This document shows, in pieces, positions 21,901-29,496 of a DNA stretch of 64,000 nucleotides. Below the pieces are notes generated by a model, which worked only from the letters and a program-made list of their open reading frames with translations, ran no database searches and had not been told where the DNA came from. Origin of the DNA: a virus; IMG/VR virus record IMGVR_UViG_3300047462_000154, positions 108,316-172,315 of that record, one strand, 5' to 3'. Every line of letters starts with the position of its first letter. The stretch's first letter is position 1. The position numbers and the translations under genes are program-made.

Positions 21901-22913
21901 TTGTTTTAAATTATGTAAATAATGTTTGGAATATTATCAGAAATAAACCAACAAAAATTGACCCAACTTCAATTAAAACATCTTCGATTTACAATAATGC
22001 AACAAGCATTTCAACAAATCAACAATTGTTGGTTACAACTCCATTGGTTGATGATTTAACGATAATAGACCCGTTAGCTGGATTTTTTCCAGGTGCGGCA
22101 ACAAAAGAAATAAATTATATAACTGATTTTGACCCTGCAATTTATTCATACAATAATGGTTGGAATAATATTCAAGTTGGACAAGTTTGGTGGAACACAT
22201 CAACTGTTAAATATCTTGACCCCTATACTGATGCTCTTGGTATCACAGATGAAAGAGATTTTCAAGAATTACAATATAGAATTTCAAATTGGGCAACAAT
22301 AGCCCCAAACACTTCTGTTGATGTTTATGAATGGACACAAAGCACTTTATCACCAACAGCTTATGTTGCAGCGGCAACAAATGATACAACTGGTACATAT
22401 GGAACTATATATAATTCATTATTATATACTACTAACCAATTATATGATTCATCATTAGAAACAATGGTTACTTATTATTATTATTGGGTAAAAAATTTAA
22501 CCGTTGTTCCAAGTTTGCCATTTAGAAAAACAAGTGTTTCTGATGTAGCTTCTTTGTTAACAACACCAGTAAATCAAGATTTACAATGGATGGCAGCAAT
22601 TTCAGAAAATTCAATTTTAGTAAGTGGAATAAACACGTATTTAAATAATACGTCAAGTGTTTTGAAAATAGAATTAGATACTGCATCAAAAGATAAAGTT
22701 CATTCACAATGGACATTATTGCGTCCAAACGACCAACAATCTTTACCACCAGAATGGTTATGGAGAAAAATTAGAGATAGTTTGGCTGGTTTTGATGATA
22801 ATGGAAATACTGTTCCAAATATAAATAATTCATCAACATCACAAAACAATTCAATTGAGTATTTTACTGTTGGTATTTCGACAGTTGGAAGTCCATTACA
22901 GCAAAAAATATAA
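15954..22913 (+). CDS. Very large baseplate wedge/structural protein with three CBM5/12-like repeats
   Basis: 2319 aa; PPIDIDKFINFQQYYW motif; three W.P.TYY...YV.Y....Y.C.T.H.S modules. Confidence 0.7.
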   Translation: MTDKRRQIQQLPAINQTQALKDFFGVTVDEVFQPGTPVATNGYIGQIPPLYDNQWQPNTYYNVNVYIVYNNILYQCVTSHTSVSTFNPVLWAAVDFYIQEQNSERQNYQLEPGMTSTNSSNVITNALTYPDLVDYIENNNGIITNQQRLFETDYYSWAPPIDIDKFINFQQYYWFGDLNGSNDLPTLVLSSPIFSYTGDGTTTSFALPNSISGISSNQETPAIYVNGVSEQYTISGNNIILSAAPSVGAKIITTRFDNLYDAINNQETFPISEFISNITAYNADGFTTSFADVYSTSSNENQFLVFYTPNGSITSTLLNSNNYNLENGFVNIISLPNSLTVPNYGDTISIVLLNGLLSLTDISSIPSGISYTDLQYLSSGMRIQLLDTQTYFLTWDESPWDSGLWDGGQPLYFVDGVGSSIRLTSSNSLITGLNAQYVTIDRSSLDNNPWSLRNSWVHVDTFAWSGLNFSSRQASRQIIEFVKDIVLYNYGYQRILPISATLTNNAMVNGVAITYSQIAFETIGSVYVDNNVLLTNGMRLLVLGTTQTLFEVSEQDNLYLLTPISVTVGDIAKIGTSTSEYWYNGTVWNLAQIWSESANPRFVLYDIETTPTAFDDSTVYPNSNFGASNGNEIFSYQVGTTYDSILAKYINYDSNGYIIFENDTVINIYTYLLNGVVTDITSLACYGVSTNYSITNSLSTQALWYKSTNPSTTQQTTNSNGFYNIPLNLEANPLWNDVTTLSKSEYFSHFTSIISNQIGIEGAPYYNNNWRDTTKNLGSGTEILQHQAPLLKAMLFASDNRFDIPTAIKYADQEYTRFKNKFAKKLNDLLIKGVLSEDTSPQTCVTTALNSLKIDKNNTFPFWLSQMAGDFYFIPPTPAYLGILTPTLPSTSLVMDYTFGEPIEMIQGHDGSLSPAFQDWRDNVFIALETQIYNSIPEQFITQLRPIFDIENYISNRFYSANNGYNLGELNSILAPIFERWAQIGKFDFRTNGTYDPTNPFSWNYRGCVDRYGNLMPGSWRAIYNFYFDTDKPDTCPWEMLGFTSMPSWWIANYGTNYSRGNTALWSDLETGTIRSGVRAGVDARYARPGLSNVIPVDASGNLLDPISARIILQGPDSITAARNWLFGDEGPVEHLWKTSSSYRFALSQAAFLMKPARFSEIFWDTINFQFVNDQWVDDRTRQRPIITSDTLIHGELKNDETTYEIVFGIQQWLVDNLVFTGQKASVLGDTIRGIDVNLIYRVGGFVSSNGITAQTDNFGIIPSENVSVTLYQAPAYIIQTYSGVIVEWTGAGYRIIGYDAKNPFFTIVPPDKNNVSGSISLSTTPQVTIYTWAPGTYYRLNVYVNYKNSVYQCITAHTSGSTFNESYWNPTPGVTNTIAPSITTYTNGLNYTVNISYGTVLSTIQDVGDFLLSYERYLVNQGWVFDQLDSSTATTFNFSHAAKDFLTWSQITWQPGNFIALSPGATGLKFVTTEGTILNVEDSVTGFYGLLDRGGSPIDSRTVVANRLEGEILLSSNTSDIFACTIEVANIEHVIVFSNTTIFNDIIYLPLYNQRQSRILLTGFKSSDWAGRLDAPGYMVLNNQMFSNFEKTPEDIRLMFDIEEISRPDLKKYAQSNIAYQVRTYLEDLLINSTEQFEFYQGMIAQKGAPGVFEKLLRSQRVTSNSDIVFLEEWAIRYPTTFGSPVNPLASFQLSQSSLHRDPQFISFYIPNINSPDWINLIGPTEKVFTWKENTQYYTGVYVYYQNNVYVCVTKHLSTNVFQTIYWNELNNWIDEPNNNFFPNAVNPVSKVSTAGFVRLSEVQYTSVGLSNISSYYISQNQNGITSFNTGERVWVYTNAQNTWDVLRVFDVGLTPCTINNITTPIQDSTVSTSRLYITGTLNLTQADIGAMILIQGPTYSTPDLNGVNYIKSFSIENGTIDLNTVVTTGFNFTTNSTIQPAIKIFRSVRFQTDAILNSSTNVWSNTDLVWVDNYQSTGEPVVLNYVNNVWNIIRNKPTKIDPTSIKTSSIYNNATSISTNQQLLVTTPLVDDLTIIDPLAGFFPGAATKEINYITDFDPAIYSYNNGWNNIQVGQVWWNTSTVKYLDPYTDALGITDERDFQELQYRISNWATIAPNTSVDVYEWTQSTLSPTAYVAAATNDTTGTYGTIYNSLLYTTNQLYDSSLETMVTYYYYWVKNLTVVPSLPFRKTSVSDVASLLTTPVNQDLQWMAAISENSILVSGINTYLNNTSSVLKIELDTASKDKVHSQWTLLRPNDQQSLPPEWLWRKIRDSLAGFDDNGNTVPNINNSSTSQNNSIEYFTVGISTVGSPLQQKI

Positions 22914-22935
22914 ATATTTAAAAAGAGACATTTAA

Positions 22936-23985
22936 ATGAAAAGAATTACTGGAACATATGCTGTTGTAACCGAACCATCAGATTCAAATACTGGCACAAC
23001 TGGTTTTTTTACTGATTCAACAGGAAATCCAAATACTTCAACTGTGGTGACTGCTGCTTGGTGTAATGACGTTCAAGAAGAAATTGTTTCTGTTGCAACT
23101 GCGCTTGGTACAACATTAAATGGTAGTTCTAACAATCAAATGCTTACTGCAATTAATGGATTAATTACAACAGCAATTAATTCTTTAGAAGCATCATTAA
23201 ATAATAACATTTCTGCATTGAATAATGGAACAGACAGTAACACATTTTTTGCAAATTTAAATTCAAATACAACAGAAACACAAATTGGTGCTAATTTTTC
23301 TGGAGTAGACCCTGCATATTTGTTCAACAATTCAAATGCTTGGGGTTTAAAATCAAATACTGGTGGAATAATTTTAGAATATATTCGTTCTACTTCACAA
23401 ATTACAATAAACGGAACTGTAAATATTTCTGCTGGAACATATGCAACAAATGCTGTTGCATATTCTCAATTAACTGGAGAAACAATTCGCGCTACCGCTG
23501 CTGAAAGTCTATTAACAACTAATTTGGCAGCAGAAACAACAGCGAGACAAAATGCAGATTCAACATTACAAACAAATATCACATCAGAAATAAATCGCGC
23601 AACTGCTGCTGAAAACACGCTTACTCAAAATCTTTCTACAGAAACAACTAATAGAACAAATGCAATATCTGGAATAACAAATAGTTTTGGTAATTTATTA
23701 ACAACCAATGGATATCAAAAAATTATTGGAGGATTAATAATTCAATGGGGGAAAACAGCAAACTATACAAACGAAAGTTCTCAAACAATAACTTTTCCTA
23801 TTGCCTTTCCAACAGCATGTTTAAACGCTCAAGCAACTTTAATTATTCCAAACAATTCTACTGCACAAGACCAATTTGCTCAAATTGTTGGTGTACCAAC
23901 ATTAACATCTGTTTCTCTTTATTGTCAGCAAGTTTCTAATAATACATATCCCGTTTCTATATATTGGATGGCTATTGGATATTAA
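22936..23985 (+). CDS. Tail fibre protein
   Basis: VTAAWCNDVQEEI N-terminus, E..RATAAE coiled repeats, NGYQK..GGLIIQWG...TFPIAFPTAC C-terminal domain. Confidence 0.8.
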   Translation: MKRITGTYAVVTEPSDSNTGTTGFFTDSTGNPNTSTVVTAAWCNDVQEEIVSVATALGTTLNGSSNNQMLTAINGLITTAINSLEASLNNNISALNNGTDSNTFFANLNSNTTETQIGANFSGVDPAYLFNNSNAWGLKSNTGGIILEYIRSTSQITINGTVNISAGTYATNAVAYSQLTGETIRATAAESLLTTNLAAETTARQNADSTLQTNITSEINRATAAENTLTQNLSTETTNRTNAISGITNSFGNLLTTNGYQKIIGGLIIQWGKTANYTNESSQTITFPIAFPTACLNAQATLIIPNNSTAQDQFAQIVGVPTLTSVSLYCQQVSNNTYPVSIYWMAIGY

Positions 23986-24018
23986 TAATCTAATAAAATA
24001 TTTCATTTGAAAGCATAA

Positions 24019-24028
24019 ATATAAATAA
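24019..24028 (+). promoter_or_regulatory. T4-type late promoter (T)ATAAATA (example of a family)
   Basis: (A)TAAATA precedes structural and late genes at about 1802, 11451, 12062, 22910, 49442, 59521 (+) and 26372, 32698, 33514, 38097, 43129, 49409, 52538, 62039 (-). Confidence 0.7.
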
Positions 24029-24046
24029 ACAAAAAGGTTTAAATAA

Positions 24047-24811
24047 ATGCATCCAGTTAATAACAAATTTTTTGGCACAGATGGCGTAGCTGTCAAGTTT
24101 TATAATGGAACAACAACTAAAACAGGCTATATTATCAAACAGCTTGGAACAGATAGATTTGTTGTTACCGATGGCACAACAACATCTGGTGTTTTAAACA
24201 CATATACCGCTTACTTAGTAAATACTTACGCACAAGCAACAAGTTTAGCTCGTAGCACAATTACTGCGCCGCCCGATGGCAATTCTGTCACAGGACCAGC
24301 ATACCAAATGACAATTCCTGTTCCATTTACTACAGGTTCTCTTGGTTATGTAACTCACATTTATTCTACCCAAGTTGATGTTATTAGTAGCGCAAGTGTC
24401 TTGTCTCGTGTTAATTGGTCATTAGGAACCGCTGTAGATGGCTCTACAGCCCTTGAATCATTTGCAACCGCATATGATGCCACAAATACACCAACCTACG
24501 CTGCTGGCACGTTTGGTGGACCAACAACATTGGCTTTCGTTGCTGCTCCCCCAACTGGCGTTACTCATGGTGCAACAACCTATACGGTTACCGTTTCAAC
24601 AACACCTAATACAGAAGCAAGCAATGTTGGAAATCTTTTTGTTTCAACAAGTGCTACAGTATTACCAACAACTGGTGGTGTTGAAAATTCAAGTTATCTT
24701 GATGGTGTTCTTGGTTTCACAATGTCGTATCCATCAGCAGGCACATATTTTGTTTGGGTAACTTTGGCGGATACTTCGTATCTTATTTCTACAGCCCGCG
24801 TCATCGCTTAA
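24047..24811 (+). CDS. Virion structural protein
   Basis: GYIIKQLGTDRFVV motif, Thr/Ala-rich, TATAAATA upstream, terminator downstream. Confidence 0.6.
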   Translation: MHPVNNKFFGTDGVAVKFYNGTTTKTGYIIKQLGTDRFVVTDGTTTSGVLNTYTAYLVNTYAQATSLARSTITAPPDGNSVTGPAYQMTIPVPFTTGSLGYVTHIYSTQVDVISSASVLSRVNWSLGTAVDGSTALESFATAYDATNTPTYAAGTFGGPTTLAFVAAPPTGVTHGATTYTVTVSTTPNTEASNVGNLFVSTSATVLPTTGGVENSSYLDGVLGFTMSYPSAGTYFVWVTLADTSYLISTARVIA

Positions 24812-24831
24812 ATATTCCAAAACATTCTATT

Positions 24832-24859
24832 AAAAGAGGCACATTGTGCCTCTTTTTTT
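24832..24859 (+). terminator. Rho-independent terminator
   Basis: AAAAGAGGCACA-T-TGTGCCTCTTTTTTT. Confidence 0.85.
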
Positions 24860-24910
24860 ATGTTTGCTTTCTTATGAATAAAATGATAATCTGATTAAAT
24901 GGAGAGCAAA

Positions 24911-25233
24911 ATGTCATTACCTGTTGATGTATTTAATTGCCCTTAGATACAAATACAAATCTACTTTTACATTCAAATTTTTTAAAATAAAAATATCATT
25001 TTATACTCATTCCATTAATATGCCATCTGTTTATATAAACGGCAAAACACTAAATGAACGTTGAAGACCGATTTGTTTATAATGAAAAAGAACATATTCT
25101 TTATGAAAATGGAATTCCTGTTGCAAAATCATATGACAAATATGTGATTATTGTTGATAAAAATGGTTTATTGGTAAAACAAGGATTTGTTGAAAAAACT
25201 AAATTCTTTTTGTTATTTTTAATGGTTTTTTGA
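24911..25233 (+). pseudogene. Frameshifted hypothetical gene
   Basis: GGAG RBS + ATG, then coding-like pieces in different frames (RYKYKSTFTFKFF...; NVEDRFVYNEKEHILYENG...). Confidence 0.4.
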
Positions 25234-25241
25234 AATCATAA

Positions 25242-25285
25242 ATGATAATGGCTATCTTTATGATAATGGCTATCTTTATGATAAT
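25242..25285. repeat. 18-bp tandem duplication (2.4 copies)
   Basis: ATGATAATGGCTATCTTT x2 + ATGATAAT. Confidence 0.9.
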
Positions 25286-25301
25286 ATACGCGACAATAAA
25301 T

Positions 25302-26345
25302 TTATTTATTATCAGAAATCAATTTATTCCAAATTACGCGACTATTTTCAGAAAATATTTTTAAACCGTCCACATTGAAAATTCTTATTTCATCATGTTT
25401 CAAAACTCTTTCTATTGCAGATACAATGCTATCTGAATCATTTGGGTCCGCATAAGAAAGATAATTAATCCATTTAATATCTGGACTTGTTACAACAGCA
25501 ACATCGTTTACAACAGCATCCGCCGTAACAATATTAAAAGTTTCTGTATAAGATACTTGTAAAGACACATTCATATCTCTTAATAAATTTAAAAAGTCAG
25601 CATGTGGTAACCAATTATGCTCAACTAATTCATGTTTAGGAAGCAATTTAAACATTTTTTGTAAATTATGAACAATCGGTTCTCCCTTCATTTCAATTCT
25701 TGTACCATTAACATGAAAACGTAATTTCAAATTATATTTTTCAGCATATTTTATTGCAGCAATGGCTTGTATCAGATGATTTTTTAAAGGTCTCATTGCA
25801 CCAAAACAACCAATATCAATCGTATCTGTAATTACTGGTTTAATTCTCGGTGTAAAATTATATGGATAAAAATTTGGCAAATATGAAGTGTTTAATTTAT
25901 TTCCAGATGATTTAATAACAGCAGTGATTTCTTCATGTGCTCTTATATCATTGCTGCAAAGAAAAACATTTGGATAATTAGAATATCGAATTGACCAATC
26001 CATTGCTATTCCTTCATTAGCAACAAAAGGAATTGCGGAATGATTTCTGATTATCCATTTTATTTTTGGATGTAATTTATAAAGAATTTCAAATTTTTCT
26101 GGAACCACCCAATATGCTTCGATGACGCATATATCTGGTTTAAACTGAGTTACCAATCTATCAATAAAATTATTGTCTATTGCATGAACAATTGATGTTT
26201 CGTATCCTTCTGAATTTAGCATTCTTTCAACAAATTGTGCTGAATTAAATAATCCAGAACTTAATATTTTTTTTTCCTCGATTCCAGTTTCTTCATTCAA
26301 ATATTTGTTTTCTCTTGCTTTTAAAATAAATTGAATTCGAGTCAT
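25302..26345 (-). CDS. Glycosyltransferase (GT-B, family 4-like)
   Basis: IGCFGAMRPLKNHLIQAIAA; QVSYTETFNIVTADAV. Confidence 0.8.
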   Translation of the reverse strand: MTRIQFILKARENKYLNEETGIEEKKILSSGLFNSAQFVERMLNSEGYETSIVHAIDNNFIDRLVTQFKPDICVIEAYWVVPEKFEILYKLHPKIKWIIRNHSAIPFVANEGIAMDWSIRYSNYPNVFLCSNDIRAHEEITAVIKSSGNKLNTSYLPNFYPYNFTPRIKPVITDTIDIGCFGAMRPLKNHLIQAIAAIKYAEKYNLKLRFHVNGTRIEMKGEPIVHNLQKMFKLLPKHELVEHNWLPHADFLNLLRDMNVSLQVSYTETFNIVTADAVVNDVAVVTSPDIKWINYLSYADPNDSDSIVSAIERVLKHDEIRIFNVDGLKIFSENSRVIWNKLISDNK

Positions 26346-26474
26346 AAGAACATCCTTTTAATATTCTTATTTATACAGAACCACTTACCAAATTATTCAA
26401 ATAATTGTTAAACTTTTAAGTAAGTTGCAAATTATATTTAATTATGTATAATAGAGAAGAGAAAGGACAAAATT

Positions 26475-26903
26475 ATGACTTTACATGAACAAATCAGGGC
26501 TGACTGGATTAATGCCAGGAAACAACGGAATGAAGTACATGCTAATGTGCTTGGTCTTTTGATTGGTACAATTCAAACAAAAGAAAAGAATTTTTCATCA
26601 GAACGTTCTTTAACCGATGGTGAAATTGTGCAGGAAGTTAAAAAACTTCTTGATGGTGTAATCGAAAGCAAAAAGCTTTTGAAAGAAGGTTCTAATTTGG
26701 ATAAGTTGTCTCAAGAAGAAACTATTTTGTCTTCTTATATGCCTACCCAAATGTCTGAATCTGAATTGGCTACATTCATCAAAGCCAAAGCAGATGAAGG
26801 AAATGATTTTAAAAACATTATGTCTGCTTTACGTGCAGAACATTTAGGTAAATACGATGGGAAAACTGCTTCTGAATTGGTCAAAAAAGCTTTAGCAAAA
26901 TAA
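26475..26903 (+). CDS. GatB/YqeY domain protein
   Basis: L...I..D...ARK; E..ILSSYMPTQMSESEL; GKYDGKTASELVK. Confidence 0.85.
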   Translation: MTLHEQIRADWINARKQRNEVHANVLGLLIGTIQTKEKNFSSERSLTDGEIVQEVKKLLDGVIESKKLLKEGSNLDKLSQEETILSSYMPTQMSESELATFIKAKADEGNDFKNIMSALRAEHLGKYDGKTASELVKKALAK

Positions 26904-26935
26904 AAAAAGGGGGCTTTAAAGCCCCCTTAATTTTT
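26902..26935. terminator. Bidirectional terminator between convergent genes
   Basis: AAAAAAAGGGGGC-TTTAAA-GCCCCCTT. Confidence 0.8.
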
Positions 26936-27434
26936 AAGCAGCAATCGCCGCTTTTCGGTCTGTTTGGGTTTTCTTGACATTGGTTTTCACCACACGATTC
27001 ATAAGCGATTCAACACCAGGAAAATAGTTTTTGTTGATTGCAAGACGAAGAGCCTTGACGCTTCTTCCACATTTCCTGGAAACCATTTGTAGTTTTTTCA
27101 CAGTAATGGGAGTGTTGTTTTCCATTAAAAAATCTTTAATGGTTTCGCGTTCTTCATCAGTATATGAACGCCCGCCGTTTTTGTATCGATTAATTTTTGC
27201 TCGTTCCGCCGGAGCATTCCGCGCTTTTGCTCTGGCACGTTGTTCTGCCTTGGCTATCGCTTCTTTGGACCTTGGTTTCTTTGTCTCTTTGGCGGCTGAC
27301 AAAACAACTTTTTCACTGCCTTTGTTGATGAAATTCATCCACATTTGTACAGTTGGCAAAACAGTCGAAATATCTTCTGCTTTCTTCAACGCTTCCGTAA
27401 GAAGCGCCATACGCATTTGTTTTTCACTATCCAA
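26934..27434 (-). CDS. Basic hypothetical protein, possibly nucleic-acid binding
   Basis: AAGGAG RBS, TTG start, upstream TTGACA promoter, Lys/Arg rich. Confidence 0.65.
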   Translation of the reverse strand: MDSEKQMRMALLTEALKKAEDISTVLPTVQMWMNFINKGSEKVVLSAAKETKKPRSKEAIAKAEQRARAKARNAPAERAKINRYKNGGRSYTDEERETIKDFLMENNTPITVKKLQMVSRKCGRSVKALRLAINKNYFPGVESLMNRVVKTNVKKTQTDRKAAIAA

Positions 27435-27565
27435 AATAATCTCCTTTTAAACAAAATTGCGATATCAAAATACCGCTATTTCAAGGTATTACAGTATAAT
27501 TTATTAGTTGTCAAGTAAATTTTTATGAGTATGGTTGAATTTATTTATTGAATTAAAGGAAAAAT

Positions 27566-28102
27566 ATGATAGTGGATATGGGAACAGAAAATGATTTATA
27601 TGAGTTTGCTTTAAAAAAATGTTTGGAAAATTCTAATTATGTTGTCGCAATCATTCCTGAATCATTTATTACAACAGACAAATTTAAGAGCAGATTAGAT
27701 TGCGTTATTTCATTAGCCTATGATGATATGTTTTCTGATACAGACCATCCAGTTTGTCTTGCATTGTTTTGGGATACAGCACAAATGCGTAATTATGGAA
27801 TGTCTCCAAAAAATTATTTAAGAAATAAATTTCCTAATCTTGTAATTGGGTCACCAGAAGAAGTTGTTGAAATATTTTGGAACTTAAAAGAAATCCTAAA
27901 TATGTTCACAAAAACGCAATTACTCCAAGACAATTATCAAAAACAGCAATTGTTAAAAAAGAACAAAAAATAATTACCGAAATGCTAAAAAATGGTTATG
28001 ATTGGGATGAAATTTATTGAAACTGTTAGAAAAAAACACAAAACAGATTTCAAAGTAATGACATTCAAAAATACCTATAAGAAAATTCAAAATCAAATCT
28101 GA
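27566..28102 (+). pseudogene. Chimeric remnant: internal fragment of a probable DNA methyltransferase-like gene fused to a frameshifted gene
   Basis: DLYEFALKKCLENSNYVVAIIPESFI...MFSDTDHPVCLALF looks like an internal piece; downstream coding-like text continues in shifted frames to 28102. Confidence 0.45.
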
Positions 28103-28109
28103 AAATAAA

Positions 28110-28137
28110 AATACCCCACTTAAAAAAGTGGGGTATT
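28110..28137 (-). terminator. Rho-independent terminator of the fibre operon
   Basis: AATACCCCACTT-AAAA-AAGTGGGGTATT. Confidence 0.8.
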
Positions 28138-28140
28138 ATC

Positions 28141-29484
28141 TCATGTATAGGTTACATTTATTGTGGCAATTCCTTGGGTTGCTGTTCCAGATAATTGTGC
28201 CAAAACTGCTGTATATGCTGAAGTTGATAAAACGACATTAGACCTTGTTGAATATGTTCCTAATTTAGTTAAATCAATTAAAGATGCATCCATTATGGCA
28301 TTTGCTGTTGTATTCGTTCCAATATTTAAAGTAACCCCAGAATTAAATACTTGGGTCACTGTCACAGATGTTATGGTAACGCATTTATTTGCGCTTATTT
28401 CACCAAGAACAACTAATGAGTTTGTGTTATTTACAACACCTTGAAGAGTTTCCGCATCAACGATAGAAGCTGCTTGGTCAATTATTGTGGACCATGTTGA
28501 ACCAGTATATATTTTTTGTGCCCATTCACTTCCAGTATCAGCAGAAATTACATATGCTTGGTCTCCTGGTTCTGGTGTTAATGCAGTTAAACTTGTATTA
28601 TTTGCAACAACATTTGATTGATTTACATATCCTTTTGTTCCTGAAACATCAATACCAGTTTGTAATAACAAACCATTATTACTACCTAAATTTATATAAA
28701 CAGGACGCGCCCAAATACTTGGCGCAACATTCGTAAATCCGCTGCTTGATAAATAAATTAAATCACCTGGATTTCCAGGCAACGTTGGTGAAATATTTTT
28801 TATAATTTTGCCAATTGGTCTATAGGTAAAATATCCAGGACCAGGAACATTAATATCAGAAACAATTCCAACAATATTTTTCACAGTTGAAGAATTTGAT
28901 GGCACTATTGAATATGTTCCAGATGATTGTAAATAAATTGGTTGTCCAACACTAAATGAATTTCCTGATTGATAAACACTATAATGTGCTGACAACATAT
29001 TTCTATATCTAAAACGACTTACTTGGTCTAATTGCCATGCCAAATTTGCATTTAATGAAGTTGCTAATGTGCTCATTGGTGTTAATACAGGTAAAGCATC
29101 ATCGCCCAATTGAAAAATATATCCAGAACCAGTGCTTCCAATACCCAAACCTTGACCAGTTGGGTCAGTAAAAGTATTGTATCTTTCTACATCTTGAACA
29201 ACTAACGTAGCAGCATTTGCGGTTTGAGATGTTATAGAAATAACTTGAACAGATTTCCCACTTGCTAAATCAGAATACCAATCCCCAACAGAAATATTTA
29301 AACCATTATAATAATAAGGAGTTTGAGATAATGGATAAGAATGTTCTTGTGGTGTAACGGAAACAACTATAGTCCATTCATAAGGATAATTAACCCATGG
29401 GTCATTTGCATCATTCGTTGTCCATAAAGCATAATTTGATATAGAAGTTACGTTTATTGGTAATAATCTTGGTGGTATAATCAC
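28141..29484 (-). CDS. Virion structural protein (fibre-associated)
   Basis: 447 aa, beta-rich, co-transcribed with the fibre gene. Confidence 0.55.
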   Translation of the reverse strand: MIIPPRLLPINVTSISNYALWTTNDANDPWVNYPYEWTIVVSVTPQEHSYPLSQTPYYYNGLNISVGDWYSDLASGKSVQVISITSQTANAATLVVQDVERYNTFTDPTGQGLGIGSTGSGYIFQLGDDALPVLTPMSTLATSLNANLAWQLDQVSRFRYRNMLSAHYSVYQSGNSFSVGQPIYLQSSGTYSIVPSNSSTVKNIVGIVSDINVPGPGYFTYRPIGKIIKNISPTLPGNPGDLIYLSSSGFTNVAPSIWARPVYINLGSNNGLLLQTGIDVSGTKGYVNQSNVVANNTSLTALTPEPGDQAYVISADTGSEWAQKIYTGSTWSTIIDQAASIVDAETLQGVVNNTNSLVVLGEISANKCVTITSVTVTQVFNSGVTLNIGTNTTANAIMDASLIDLTKLGTYSTRSNVVLSTSAYTAVLAQLSGTATQGIATINVTYT

Positions 29485-29496
29485 TTTTTATATTCC

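Noticed and set aside
25242-25285. Direct repeat as a possible CRISPR array
   Set aside because: Copies are adjacent with no spacers, and no cas genes are present; TnpB here is IS-associated
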